From the NCBI GenBank assembly GCA_001600695.1, contig BCKQ01000004.1, forward strand, positions 271,708 through 335,707: 64,000 bases of DNA, written 5' to 3'. The stretch is from Ascoidea asiatica JCM 7603 (lineage: Eukaryota > Fungi > Ascomycota). The position numbers were made by a program, and so were the translations under genes. Numbering within the stretch: position 1 is the first letter of the stretch; every line of letters begins with the position of its first letter. Shown piece by piece: positions 46,152 to 58,083 of the stretch. The notes beneath the pieces are model-generated. The model saw nothing but the letters and a program-made list of their open reading frames with translations, did no database searches and was not told where the DNA came from.

Positions 46152-47728
46152 TTTTAAGAGGATTATGTTATTTAAGAAGAAAAAAAATAATATTAATAGT
46201 AGTAATAGTAATTGAAGTACTAATAATAAGCTAAGTAAAAATGATTGATTGAGTAATTAAAAAAAAATATTAAACTAGGTAAGTAAGTGAGTAAGAAGAT
46301 ATTGAATTATATAATTGATGAATTAAAATTAAATGAATGAAGATAAAAAAGGGATATAATTCAAAAATAGGCTAAAAATAATTCAATTTGAATTATTATA
46401 ATTGATAAAGATTTGAATTAAGCAATTGATTGATTAAATTAATTGATTAATTGAATTGATTGCTTGATGTAGTAGTAGATGAGATAGATTTATTCAATTG
46501 ATTAATTTTCAAGAACGAATTTGATTAAAAACACGTTTTAGGTAATGAAGAAGAAATAAAAAGAATTAAGATGATATTAGTTTTGATTAATAATAATATA
46601 TTTAGATAGATAGATATAGATATAAATATAAATATAAATATAAATATAAATATAGATCGATGGATTGATAGGTAGTTAGATAGATAGATAGATAGATAAA
46701 TAATTAATAAGGAATAGTAATGATTTGGGGGATAGAATATACAATACAATACCAGGAATATGATTAAGATTCAAGTGTTTAATTGAAAATGGTCATAAAT
46801 TATTAGTAGAAAAAAATAAATTGACAGAGAGATGATAGAAATAGACCTGATAAACTTGGTAGACTTTGAATATATTCTATTGATTTCAGTAGTGGAATTT
46901 GTATCAATTACTTAATTATTGACAATTGAAAGTGAAATTGACTACTAGCTATTAACTGTTAGTTATTAGTTATTGAAGATTGAATATTGAATATTAAGTA
47001 AATTATAAATTTTCCAGTATGCAATGGACTAAAATTCTGCTTTAGAATGCCAGAAGATATTCTTATTATTCTTATTATTCTTCTGCTTCTTACTATTAAA
47101 TTTTTTTTCTTAAGTGTGGTAGTGGTAATAAATAATGTGAGTTTGCTACGGTGGGTGTTAACTGTCACAAGAATAATACAATAATACAATAATAATAATA
47201 ATACAATGCCAGTTTCCTCGCACATTTCTCTGTGGGCACTGGTCTGGACGCTGGCCTGGGCAACGGAGTACTCACTGCGTGAGTCTCATACGGTCCATGC
47301 TGCTCTGGTTGGCCACTCTGGCCGTGGTGAGCCACTCGCGGCTGGAGATTTCTTGCTTCAGAAAGAAAGAATTGGATCCGGTTCCGTGATGCGGTGCGGT
47401 GCCTCTGACTATGGTTTGCTCTGGCGGTGATGCCATCTGGCTACTTGCTATAAATAGCCTTTTCTTCTTTCTTTCTCTGTGTACTTTACCGTCATTCCCT
47501 TCTCCACCACCAAAATACTGAATCTTTTACCAGTTATTACAATAGTGCTCTCACTATTATTGCTCTTTCTTTAAAGAAGTCACCTGATACATTTATTTTT
47601 TCTCTCATTATTTTGGTATATACGGTATTCAATTGCCAAGAAAAGTATTTTATTTACAGTCGGAATTAGACTAGAATATATTACTATATATGGAATAGAT
47701 ATACTGTATAAAGTATTCTGTATAAATA

Positions 47729-48985
47729 TTAAAATTTTGATTTCTGATTATCAATTTTAATATTACCTAATTTTTCATTCAATTTAATTTCATACAATAG
47801 ATTGAATAAATTTTCTCTGACATTTGGATCATTTTTGTTTAAGTTATTTTTTGAAATAAAATTATTAACATTTTCTTTTTCAAAAGTATAATCATTTAAA
47901 AGTTTTTTACTATTTTCATTGAAATTATTAATTAAAATTTCAATTAGACTATCCGGATCTTCACAATTAACTAAATGTTCACCATTTTTAATTTCAATTT
48001 TTTTGAAGTTTTTAATATTAACTTTAAGAAAATTATAAACCTCATAATTATTCCATTTACTTTTATCACCAATGATATGTATAACTTGAATTTTATTCGA
48101 AATTGAATTTAAAAAAAATTTATTTAAATTATTTTGATTTTGTATTAAACTATTTGATAATTCAATATCATCACCAATTGAATTTGAAAGATATGAAATC
48201 ATTTGTTGTTTGATATCTGTTTTTAAATGAATTTCTGATTTTTTTTTGTCTTCACTATCTTCAGTATATAAAATTTCTGATTTTAAAAAATTTTCAAGTA
48301 TAATTGGATTAAATCTCTTGAAAATTGAATAGTTTTTAAAATAATTTTCGCATTCTTTTAAATTTTTAAAATCTGTTTTGATTATTTTATTTAAAATTTT
48401 AAATCTTTTGAAAACTATATTCAAATCTTCTCTATTAATATAAATTACTGGATCTATAGCAAAAACTAAATTGATCAAATTTGGTTCTAAACTTGCAGCA
48501 TAAAGTGCTTGATATCCACCCATTGAATGTCCAATTAATATATTTGTTTCCTTTATATAATTATCATTATAATTGAAATTCATTTCTGTTTTAATAATTT
48601 TGATTAAATCATTTGAACTATCTTTCCATTCATATTCAACACCTAGTTTATTTTTATTTATAATATTTGAATCTCCATGATTAACATTATCTATAGCTAT
48701 AGCCCAATTCAATTTCCATGATTTTTTTATATTTTTATTATCATATTCAAATAATTTATCAATATGATAATCCCAAATTTCTTTGTTCATTCCAGTTCCA
48801 TGAAGAAAAATTAAATTAAACGGAATTCTGTTGTCTTTATTGTTATCTTTATCTTTTTCTTTTTTCTCAAACTTATTATAAACAATTTTTAATTTATCAT
48901 TTGGTAATAAAGTTGATCCTTTATATCTTGATTCATTGGCATCAATCACTTTTACTGTTTTTATATAGTATTCATTCATTTTCAT
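47729..48985 (-). CDS. LPX1: Peroxisomal alpha/beta hydrolase, Lpx1-like
   Basis: NLIFLHGTGMNKEIW, IDNVNHGDS, IGHSMGG and GEHLVN. The C-terminal SKF is PTS1-like. Confidence 0.75.
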   Translation of the reverse strand: MKMNEYYIKTVKVIDANESRYKGSTLLPNDKLKIVYNKFEKKEKDKDNNKDNRIPFNLIFLHGTGMNKEIWDYHIDKLFEYDNKNIKKSWKLNWAIAIDNVNHGDSNIINKNKLGVEYEWKDSSNDLIKIIKTEMNFNYNDNYIKETNILIGHSMGGYQALYAASLEPNLINLVFAIDPVIYINREDLNIVFKRFKILNKIIKTDFKNLKECENYFKNYSIFKRFNPIILENFLKSEILYTEDSEDKKKSEIHLKTDIKQQMISYLSNSIGDDIELSNSLIQNQNNLNKFFLNSISNKIQVIHIIGDKSKWNNYEVYNFLKVNIKNFKKIEIKNGEHLVNCEDPDSLIEILINNFNENSKKLLNDYTFEKENVNNFISKNNLNKNDPNVRENLFNLLYEIKLNEKLGNIKIDNQKSKF

Positions 48986-49506
48986 TAATTTTACTAAATA
49001 TTTCTTTTAAAAATACAATAAAATCGAATCAAATTAGACCAAAAAGACCTTTTATTTAAATCCATCCAGTTAAATCCATTCACATTCTCATTATAATATT
49101 TATTTAATAGACAGTTGATTGCAATAGATAAATTGAAAAGGAGAGAGAATAATAAACTTATAATGAGCATGATTCTTGTATTATTACTTATTCTTCTTTC
49201 TAAATTACATCACAACCAGTGCCATTGATTCATATGCTTTTGAATCTACCCCAAATTGAAAGGAGTCCCTGATATATGGTCTCTTTTCTGCTTTCTTTCT
49301 TGTTTTCTCTTGTGATGGACTTCTTCTCCTCTCTCGATGGAGTTCTCCTGTGACCCGATGGTTCTGCAGCGCACACCGGCAAGTTCCGCTCCAATTTCCT
49401 CAACAATGTGTCACCGGACCGAGTTTACATGTGACTTAACTATATCTAACATCCTTAAATCTCGGATGAGATCCCGTAAGAATGCTATCGGGTCTGCACT
49501 TGGCTG

Positions 49507-49996
49507 TGATTGTAGTTCGCACGAAATATCTAATTATTACTAAGACGATAACTACTTCAAATTATAATCAATTGTTAATTAAATTATAAAATATATAAAA
49601 ATTATATAAAAAATATGGGAGGTAAGTGCCCTATTTATATTAGTGGAAAATAGGAGCGGGAAACCTATTTTAAAAATAAATTTGTAAATTTAGTATGTGA
49701 AAGTTCACTTCCCATACTTAAGAAAAAAAATGGAATAAAGTATTGTTCTAGAAGACACTACGTCATTCTAAGAACAAACACGAAGATTCCAATACATTCG
49801 AGATACACACAGAACTTCGAAGAAAAAATAAATAATGCAGACCCAGAACGTTCTAGTACACTTAACATGCACACGAAAGTTCTGACAACGCAATAGAATG
49901 TACTCGTAGAACAATCTATGCAATCTGAGAAAATCCACGAATAGGCCAGAATAATTGAAGACAATTCTAGTGAAAAAATAAAATAACTAACAATCA
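49507..49996 (-). repeat. 3' LTR (490 bp)
   Basis: Direct repeat of 55335-55669 with terminal inverted repeats TGATTGTAGTT / AACTAACAATCA. Confidence 0.9.
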
Positions 49997-50009
49997 AATA
50001 GCACCAGAA

Positions 50010-53000
50010 TTACCAGTTCATGGTCCTGGAGATGTTCGTTAATTTTGATCTATCACTATTTAATAATTTTTGAGAATGATTGAAAATATTTTCAATTGGA
50101 TGTTTATCGTCAATCAAGGCAGGCAATAATCTATTACAATTTACTTTATTTTTAATATCAGCACAGTTTAAAGTTGAGCGTTTGTAAACAATATTATGAA
50201 AAACGTTTTTCACAATATATGGAGCATCATAATATGGTTCTAATTTGAGGTTTCTAACTTTTTATTCTAAAACATAATCACCCACTTCAAAAAATTTAAT
50301 GAATGCTTTGTCTTCTTGAAGGTCTTTTTGGTATTGGCAATGTTCCACTTAATTTTGGAATGTTCCTTTCTTTTTTTATTTAGCTTTGAAATTTGTAAGA
50401 CTCTTAATTGAGTAGAGTCTTGATTCTCGGCCTCTGGAGGTTCTCTTGCATAAGGTCGCATATCATTTCTTGAACCTGAATATACACCAAAAGCTAGAAA
50501 GTAAGGTGCAAATGCATATTTTGAGTTTCATGACCTGTATGGATTTAATGCAGCATTAATAAGGAGGTCCCATTCTGAGGAATCATTCAAATGAAATAAA
50601 ATTTGTTTGAATAAACCATTAAACTTCTCACATTTACCATTAGTCTCTGGGTGATGTGGAGTGGTTTTGCGACATTTGATTCCTAAAGAATCTAATTTCT
50701 CAATAACATTAATTGCAGGAAACCCAGAACTATTATCCATACTTATTTCTTTCATTTGACCATGCTTAGTGAAGATCGTTTGAATTAAATTTAAAATATG
50801 TAACGAGCCAGTATCTGGTGTTGCAACAGCATAACCATAAGCTGTACCATAATCAATTGCAGTGATACAAAATTTATTTCAGATGAAGTTTTTTTAAAAG
50901 GACCAATATAATTCATCACCCATCGTGAGAAGGCTGTTCCAGAAGAAATTGGAGTTAATGTCTTAGAAATAGCTGATGGCTTTTTCATAAGCTGACAATG
51001 AGGACAAACTCTAATAACTTCTTGAAATAATAGGATACTATCAGGATGAAAGTATTTTTCATTTACCATGTTTTCTAGATTTCCAATGGAACAGTGAGCA
51101 TTTGAAAGATGAACTTTTTCAGACACTTCCTTAAACTTATCTTCACTTAAAACAATAGCTAAACGATCTTTATTTCTAATATGTAGTTGATTATCATAGA
51201 CAATAAAGTTAGCAAAGATAAATTTAGAACACATATTTTTAGGAATTTCTTTATTTTGAAAAAATTCTTTAATTCTAATAAGATCGAGTTCACACAAATC
51301 CTTAATTGATTTGATGGTTTTGATCCGAGTTTCAGTTTCATTAAGTTCATCAATTTCCATTAATGTCTCATTTGCTTTTTCATCAACCAAATCAGTCCTT
51401 CTTGATAGTAAATCAGGAACCACATTTTGTTTTCAAGCCTTATATTGAATATCACAATCATAATATTCAATGATTTCAATGAATGTTCTAACTCTTTTTC
51501 CAGGATCTCATTTAGTTCTAATATATTGAAGAGATGCATGATCGGTTCTAACAATAGTTTTGCATCCTTCAATATATTTTTCAAAAGGAAGCAACGAATG
51601 AACAACAGCTAAAAGTTCTCTCTCTTGAGCAGAATACTTTTGTTGTGTTTTTGAAAATTTTCTTGATTCAAAAGCAACAGGATATAATTGGATCATTCCA
51701 GTTTTCTCATTTTTATAGGGTTGGAGTAATACACAACCTAAAGCAAAGTCAAAAGCATCAGTTTCTAAAATTGCAACTCTCTCAGGTTCAAATGCTTTTA
51801 AAACAGGAGCAGTAGTTGATGTTTTCTTCATTGATGTAAAGCATTTAATTTGAGAAGGTTTTAATTCAATTTTTGTTCCTGGTTTAGGAGACCCAACCAA
51901 TAAATCTGTAAGTGGGATCATTTGTTGAGAAAAATTTGAGATAAATTTTCGGTAATATGAGCATAAGTTAATGAAACCTCTTATATCAGTAATTGATTTT
52001 GGTAATGGCCAATTTAAGATTTTCTCGATCTTTGTAGGATCAGTTTTGATTCCTTCTGAAGAAACAATATGTCCTAAAAAGTTAACTTCTTTGCAAAAGA
52101 ATTTTGACTTCTTCACATTTAATTGAAGTTTTTCTTTTCCAAGTTGAGTAAGGACCTCATTAACTTGATCAATATGATCTGCTTTATTATGGCGGTAACT
52201 AATAATATCATCAACATAAACCATAACATAAGTTAGGTGGCCTAAAATTTTCATCATAATTGATTGAAAGGTATAAGTACCATTGACTAAGCCAAAAGGC
52301 ATGACATTGAATTGATAATGCCCTGAATTGGAAGAAAAAGCAGTTTTAGCTTTACTATCATTAACTAAAGCAATTTGGTAAAAGCCATTTTTAATATCCA
52401 AACAAGTGAAGTATTTAGCAATATTGAGTTTATTTAGGAAAATATCAATAGATGGCAAAAGAAAATAATGCCTAACACTAATAGCATTTAATTTCATACA
52501 ATCAAAGCAAACTCTATAAGTTCTATCATCTTTTGGAACAAGAACTAATGGAAAGTTCCAACCACTTTTAGTTTCAGAAATTAATCGTTCTTCTAGATTT
52601 GATTTAACAAATTCATCAATGAATTTTTGTTGAAGAGGACTATAGTTGTAACTTCCAATATAAATTGGTGTTTCAGAAGTTGTTTCAATAGTGTGTTTAA
52701 ACAGTCTTTCTGGAGGTAATCTTGAAGTTGAATCATTTAAGTAAGAGTATTTCTTAAGATCACACACTTGTTCCTCATTTGACTCTGATGTTGAGACATA
52801 AAATTTTTCTAATTCATCAACATTTTCTGGACTCAAAATACACTTTTTATCTTGTTTAAAAAGCATAATTGTAAATCTATCACTACCTTTTGCACAAAAT
52901 TTATGGTCGTAAAGAAATCTACTTCCAATAGTAATATGGAAAGCTTTTGTTGAACTTTCTGGCAAAACAGCACATTTAATGTCAATTAAACCAAAGTTTT

Positions 53001-54744
53001 CAATGAATAGTGGTAAAATGACATCATTCTTGACTATCATTGTCCCTGTAAAGCCATGGATTGTTGTAGGCTTACGCTGTAGCATTTTGATTTTCAAGCC
53101 TTTTAAGGATGATTTAAAAACATAGTTGGATTCAGCACCAGTATCGAAAAGAATTTTCATCATTTTATCATTAACAAAAGAATTGAAATATCTATTAGGA
53201 AACTTTTTGTTGTTGGGGTTAATTAATCTAAAATGTTCATCGTCAGAAAACGATTCTGAGGTCAGTTCCAGCTCTGACTTTTCGGATTGGTCTTCCTCCA
53301 CTCTTTCTTCAGCAATTTTTTTGTATTTTTTATACCAGAAACAAGTATTTCCGAAATGTCCTGGGAGATTACAGAAATCACAAGTTTTGGTTGTGGAACG
53401 AATTGCATTGAAGTTTTCCTTTCAGTTTGAATCAATAATTGATTCAAGATTATTGAACTTATAAATATCATTGTCAATAATAACTTCATTTGAAACAGCT
53501 GTAAAAACATCTGTTGAACTAAACAAGTTAAGTAATTTGTTGAGCAACTCAATAGTTTTTTTGGATGGAAATTTTGTTTCCCATTGAATTTGATGAGGAA
53601 ATTCATTTTTAATTTGAGAAATAATTGTTTATCTCATGAAAGTACTAGAAACAGCATTTAAAGGAAGACTTTTATAAGAATTTCTAAATCTTGTAATATA
53701 ATCGACAACTTTTTCATTTTCAGAGTGTTTAATTTCTTTGTATTGTTGAATTAAAGCTCTATAATTTTGATCTGTGTCTATACCTCCTAGAATGAAAGCA
53801 CAGGCAGCAGGCCATGAAGGGTTTTTTAAACCATTTCTTGCAATGGTTCTAATGAAATTAATCCATTCTAAATTTATATATTCTGGAATATACTTATTAA
53901 GATTTATTCCCCATAAATCATATCTTAACCTATTCATTTTGAAGTAAGTTTCAATAGATTGTAATTTTAGAATTAATTTTCTATCGTGTCTTCCTTCAAA
54001 AATTAAATTTTGTTTTAATTTTGGTGGTTTTGAAGTACCATCCATACCAATACCAAAAGTATCTCTGTTTATTGCCATACCTGGCCAAAGTAAAACACTT
54101 TCAACATTTGGATTCTCCTAAGCAGCAGACTCAATCTTTATTTCATCAAATTTAATTTGATTGAGATCATATCTCCAGTTATTAACCTCATTCAGTTCAG
54201 TGAATATGTTCTGGTTATTTTGGTTGGGTGCTTGAAAACCTTGTGCAAGCTTTTGAACTTTTGGAGCAGCAGCTGGTATAGTTGGTGATTTAAGAATTTC
54301 TTCTTTGATTTTGTCTTCAGTTTCAAAAACTCTAGTGTTATTAGCATCATCGGTAGTATTGACATTTGGATGAGCAGCAACATTTTTAATACCTGTATCA
54401 CTAGTTGTGTCTGAAGCAGAACCATCTTCTTGTTAAACTTTAGCAACAGGATCATTAATTGGAGAACTTTTAGATAAAGAGGATGTAATGGCTTTATGCA
54501 TATCTTTAAATAAATCTATATCCGATGTTTGATTTCTAATAGTAAATCTGAATTCATCAAAATGCGTACTGTGTTTAAGAGTGTTTGAATATTTATTTTT
54601 AAATTTTTCACTAATATCAGATCTTAGTTTGTGGATTGATTCACTAACTGATGAAACTTGTTTATCCATTTTATTAAATGGAACTTCATTTAAGGCAATG
54701 TTGTCATTAAATTGTTTGGATAAAAATTTAATAGTTTCAGTCAT
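50010..54744 (-). pseudogene. Frameshifted gag-pol polyprotein
   Basis: Gag fragments at 54744-53400; CCHC knuckle CDFCNLPGHFGNTC (53341-53382); protease LFDTGA; RT YVDD; RNase H LETDA and YSAQERELLAVV; integrase H..H..CPHC, HPETNGKCEKFN and a GPY/F-like KLEPYYDAPY. It is broken into many ORFs. Confidence 0.9.
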
Positions 54745-55334
54745 GATTATATTTGTTTTCAGTTAAAACTGTGTTGCTTATTTTTAGTTATCATTTTAAA
54801 TAATTATTTGGGTTTTGAAATATTTTTTTTTTTTGTTTTTTTTTTTAAGTTGTATTTAATGGAGTATTATAATTGAGAAAAAAGGAATAAAAAGGAATAT
54901 CAGTTGAAGTATCAGTAGTATAAATAATTTCAAAGAGAAAGTAATATTAAAGAAAATATATTATTAGATTCGTTTATTGTCTTAACAGTTCCATACAATT
55001 TTAAATTGGTTTTAATTTGAACTGTGCAATGAGTAGAAGACTAGCATGTCAAACCATGAGATAACTCAATTCGGATTAAATCACTATTATTCAATTAATT
55101 CTAAGCACCATAAAGCTAAGATCACTGTTCTATAACGGTCAAACGTGTCCAAAATAGTATATGAGGGAATTAGATGTCAGAGCATTAATCACTTTTCTAG
55201 ATTTCTCTCTTGTTAATATAATGATAAGAGACTTAAATTCGTACTCAGATTTACCTTGGAAGATAGAAATCAATAAAAAAAAAATAATAATTATCTTTAA
55301 TAAAGAATTGATATTCCAGATTTATTAATGAATT

Positions 55335-55669
55335 TGATTGTAGTTTAAACGAAATATCTAATTATTACTAGGAAGATATCTAATTCAAATTATAATCAAT
55401 TGTTAATGAAAATATAAAATATATAAAAATTATATAAAAAATATGGGAGGTAAGTGCCCTATTTATATTAGTGGAAAATAGGAGCGGGAAGCCAATCCTA
55501 AGAATAAATTTGTAAATTTAGTATGTGAAAGTTCACTTCCCATACTTAAGAAAAAAAATGGAATAAAGTATTGTTCTAGAAGACACTACGTCATTCTAAG
55601 AACAAACACGAAGATTCCAGTACATTCGAGATGCACACAGAACTTCCAAGAAAGAATAACTAACAATCA
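55335..55669 (-). repeat. 5' LTR (335 bp, lacks ~155 bp present in the other LTR)
   Basis: Matches 49507-~49825 plus the terminal AATAACTAACAATCA. Confidence 0.9.
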
Positions 55670-56106
55670 GCTGTTTGGCTTACGCACCCCAGGTTTATTT
55701 TTTCTTTAGATCTTGTATTATTAATTCAAATTTTTATCAGGTTTAATCAAATTTTACAATTTCAACAGGGTTGTTTTTTCAATTTATAATAATAACACTA
55801 AATAATGTCAAGAAATAAATCCTATTTCAACATTTGTGTTTGTTTTTAACATTTTACTTCAGGAGTAATCCAATGATATTGAACAAATGAAGCTTTATTG
55901 CTTTATCAACATCTAATTCAATTCATTAATAAAGTGGATTAACTAAATTCTCCAATTTTTAATTAATTAACTATTATATAATTTATCATATAAATTGTTT
56001 CTATACTCTTCACTTTTTTGAACATTATTTTATAATACTTACTTATTTTATTCCTTATATTCAATTCATAGTATACAATTTACAATAAAGATATAAAGAT
56101 ATTAAA

Positions 56107-57750
56107 ATGACTTATCCAACAAATTTAAATGATGTACTTGGTAATGTTCAAATTAGAGCACCAATTCCAAATGATGCAAAACATTTATTATCAATTGAAT
56201 GTTTATCATTTTTAACACAATTACAAAATAATTTTAATGAAAGAAGATTAAATTTATTAAAAAAAAGAGAAGAAATTAAATTACCAAATTTTTTACCAGA
56301 AACAAAATATATTAGAGATGATTTATCATGGTCTGGACCAAAATTATCACCAGGTTTAGAAGAAAGAAAAGTTGAAATTACTGGTCCAACAAATGATAAA
56401 AAAATGGTTATAAATGCATTAAATTCAAAAGTTTCTGCATATATGGCAGATTTTGAAGATTCTTTATCACCAACTTGGTTAAATATAATTAATGGACAAA
56501 ATAATTTATATGAAGCAATTAGAAAAAAAATTGAATTTAAAACTTCAAAAAAACATTATAAATTAAATGATTTAAATAATTTACCAACAATTATTGTTAG
56601 ACCAAGAGGTTTACATTTAAATGAAAATCATTTAATTATTAATAATAAAGAAATTTCTGCATCATTATTTGATTTTGGAGTTTATTTTTTTAATAATGCA
56701 AAAGAATCAATTAATCAAGGTATTGGACCATATTTTTATTTACCAAAAATTGAACATCATTTAGAAGCAAAATTATGGAATGATATATTTAATTTTTCTC
56801 AAGATTTTATTAATTTAAAAAGAGGTACAATTAGAGCAACAGTTTTAATTGAAACTTTACCTGCAGTTTTTCAATTAGATGAAATTATTTATCAATTAAG
56901 AGATCATTCAAGTGGTTTAAATTGTGGTAGATGGGATTATTTATTTTCATATATTAAAGTTTTAAGAAATTCAAAAGAATTTATTTTACCAAATAGATCT
57001 CAAGTTGATATGAAAGTTAATTTTATGAAATCATATGTTAAATTATTAATTAATACATGTCATAAAAGAAATGTTCATGCAATGGGTGGTATGGCAGCTT
57101 TAATACCAATCAAAAATGATTCAAATGCAAATGAAAAAGCAATGAAAAATATTTATCAAGATAAATTAAGAGAAGTTTTGGCAGGTCATGATGGTACATG
57201 GATTGCACATCCAGGTATTGCACCAATTGCTTATGAAGTTTTTAATAAATATATTCCTGGACCAAATCAATTATTTAAATTTAATGATAATAATAATGAA
57301 ATTTATAATGAAATTAGTAATTATAATTTATTATCTCCATATGTTGAAAATGGTGAGATTACTGAAGAAGGTATTAGATCAAATATTCGTGTTGGAATTT
57401 TATATATTGAAAGTTGGTTAAGAGGTATTGGATGTGTTGCAATTAATTATTTAATGGAAGATGCTGCAACTGCAGAAGTTTCAAGATTACAAATTTATCA
57501 ATGGACAAAACATTCCGTTAAACTTTCAAATGATAATAATATAATTGTTAATAAATATTATATTTCAAAGTTATTTAGAGAAGAAACTGAAAAATTAGTT
57601 AAAAATGGTAAAGAAGGTAATAAATTTGAAATTGCTTCAAAATATTTCAAAGAAGGTTGTATTGGTGATAAATTTTATAATTTTTTAACTACAATGATTT
57701 ATGATGAAATCACAACTGTTGGAAGAAGTATCAGCGTTACCAAATTATAA
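56107..57750 (+). CDS. MLS1: Malate synthase
   Basis: VEITGP, YMADFEDS, IVRPRG, GLNCGRWDY and LMEDAATAEVSR. The C-terminal TKL is PTS1-like. Confidence 0.96.
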   Translation: MTYPTNLNDVLGNVQIRAPIPNDAKHLLSIECLSFLTQLQNNFNERRLNLLKKREEIKLPNFLPETKYIRDDLSWSGPKLSPGLEERKVEITGPTNDKKMVINALNSKVSAYMADFEDSLSPTWLNIINGQNNLYEAIRKKIEFKTSKKHYKLNDLNNLPTIIVRPRGLHLNENHLIINNKEISASLFDFGVYFFNNAKESINQGIGPYFYLPKIEHHLEAKLWNDIFNFSQDFINLKRGTIRATVLIETLPAVFQLDEIIYQLRDHSSGLNCGRWDYLFSYIKVLRNSKEFILPNRSQVDMKVNFMKSYVKLLINTCHKRNVHAMGGMAALIPIKNDSNANEKAMKNIYQDKLREVLAGHDGTWIAHPGIAPIAYEVFNKYIPGPNQLFKFNDNNNEIYNEISNYNLLSPYVENGEITEEGIRSNIRVGILYIESWLRGIGCVAINYLMEDAATAEVSRLQIYQWTKHSVKLSNDNNIIVNKYYISKLFREETEKLVKNGKEGNKFEIASKYFKEGCIGDKFYNFLTTMIYDEITTVGRSISVTKL

Positions 57751-58006
57751 TCAAATCTCAATAAAATTTTAACTCCATTATGATTTTTTATTAATGAACT
57801 TTTATTTCTAAATAATTTTTATTTAATTTTTTAATTTATTTTATTTTTTATTTACAATATGAAATACTTTCTTTTTTATTCAAAATGATTAACTTCAGTA
57901 TGTATGTCTTCAATATCAATATCAATATCATTATCATTATCATTATCATTATCAATATTAGAACGAGTCTCATACAAGACCCAAAACCATGGACTCAGTT
58001 TCTTTG

Positions 58007-58083
58007 TTTTACGTTTTGCGTTTTACATTTTACATTTTACATTTTGCGTTTTGCGTTTTGTGTTTTGCGGTTTGCGGTTTGCG
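58007..58083 (+). repeat. 7-bp tandem repeat, 11 units (TTTTACA/TTTTGCG/GTTTGCG variants)
   Basis: Read directly from the sequence. Confidence 0.85.

Larger units (their letters stand above)
49507..55669 (-). mobile_element. Full-length, decayed Ty3/gypsy LTR retrotransposon (~6.2 kb)
   Basis: Two LTRs with TGATTGT...ACAATCA ends and GCTG duplicated on both flanks. Internal order is gag-PR-RT-RNaseH-IN. Confidence 0.93.

Noticed and set aside
46600-46700. ATATAA and ATAG microsatellites upstream of SSD1
   Set aside because: Ordinary simple repeats in an AT-rich genome.
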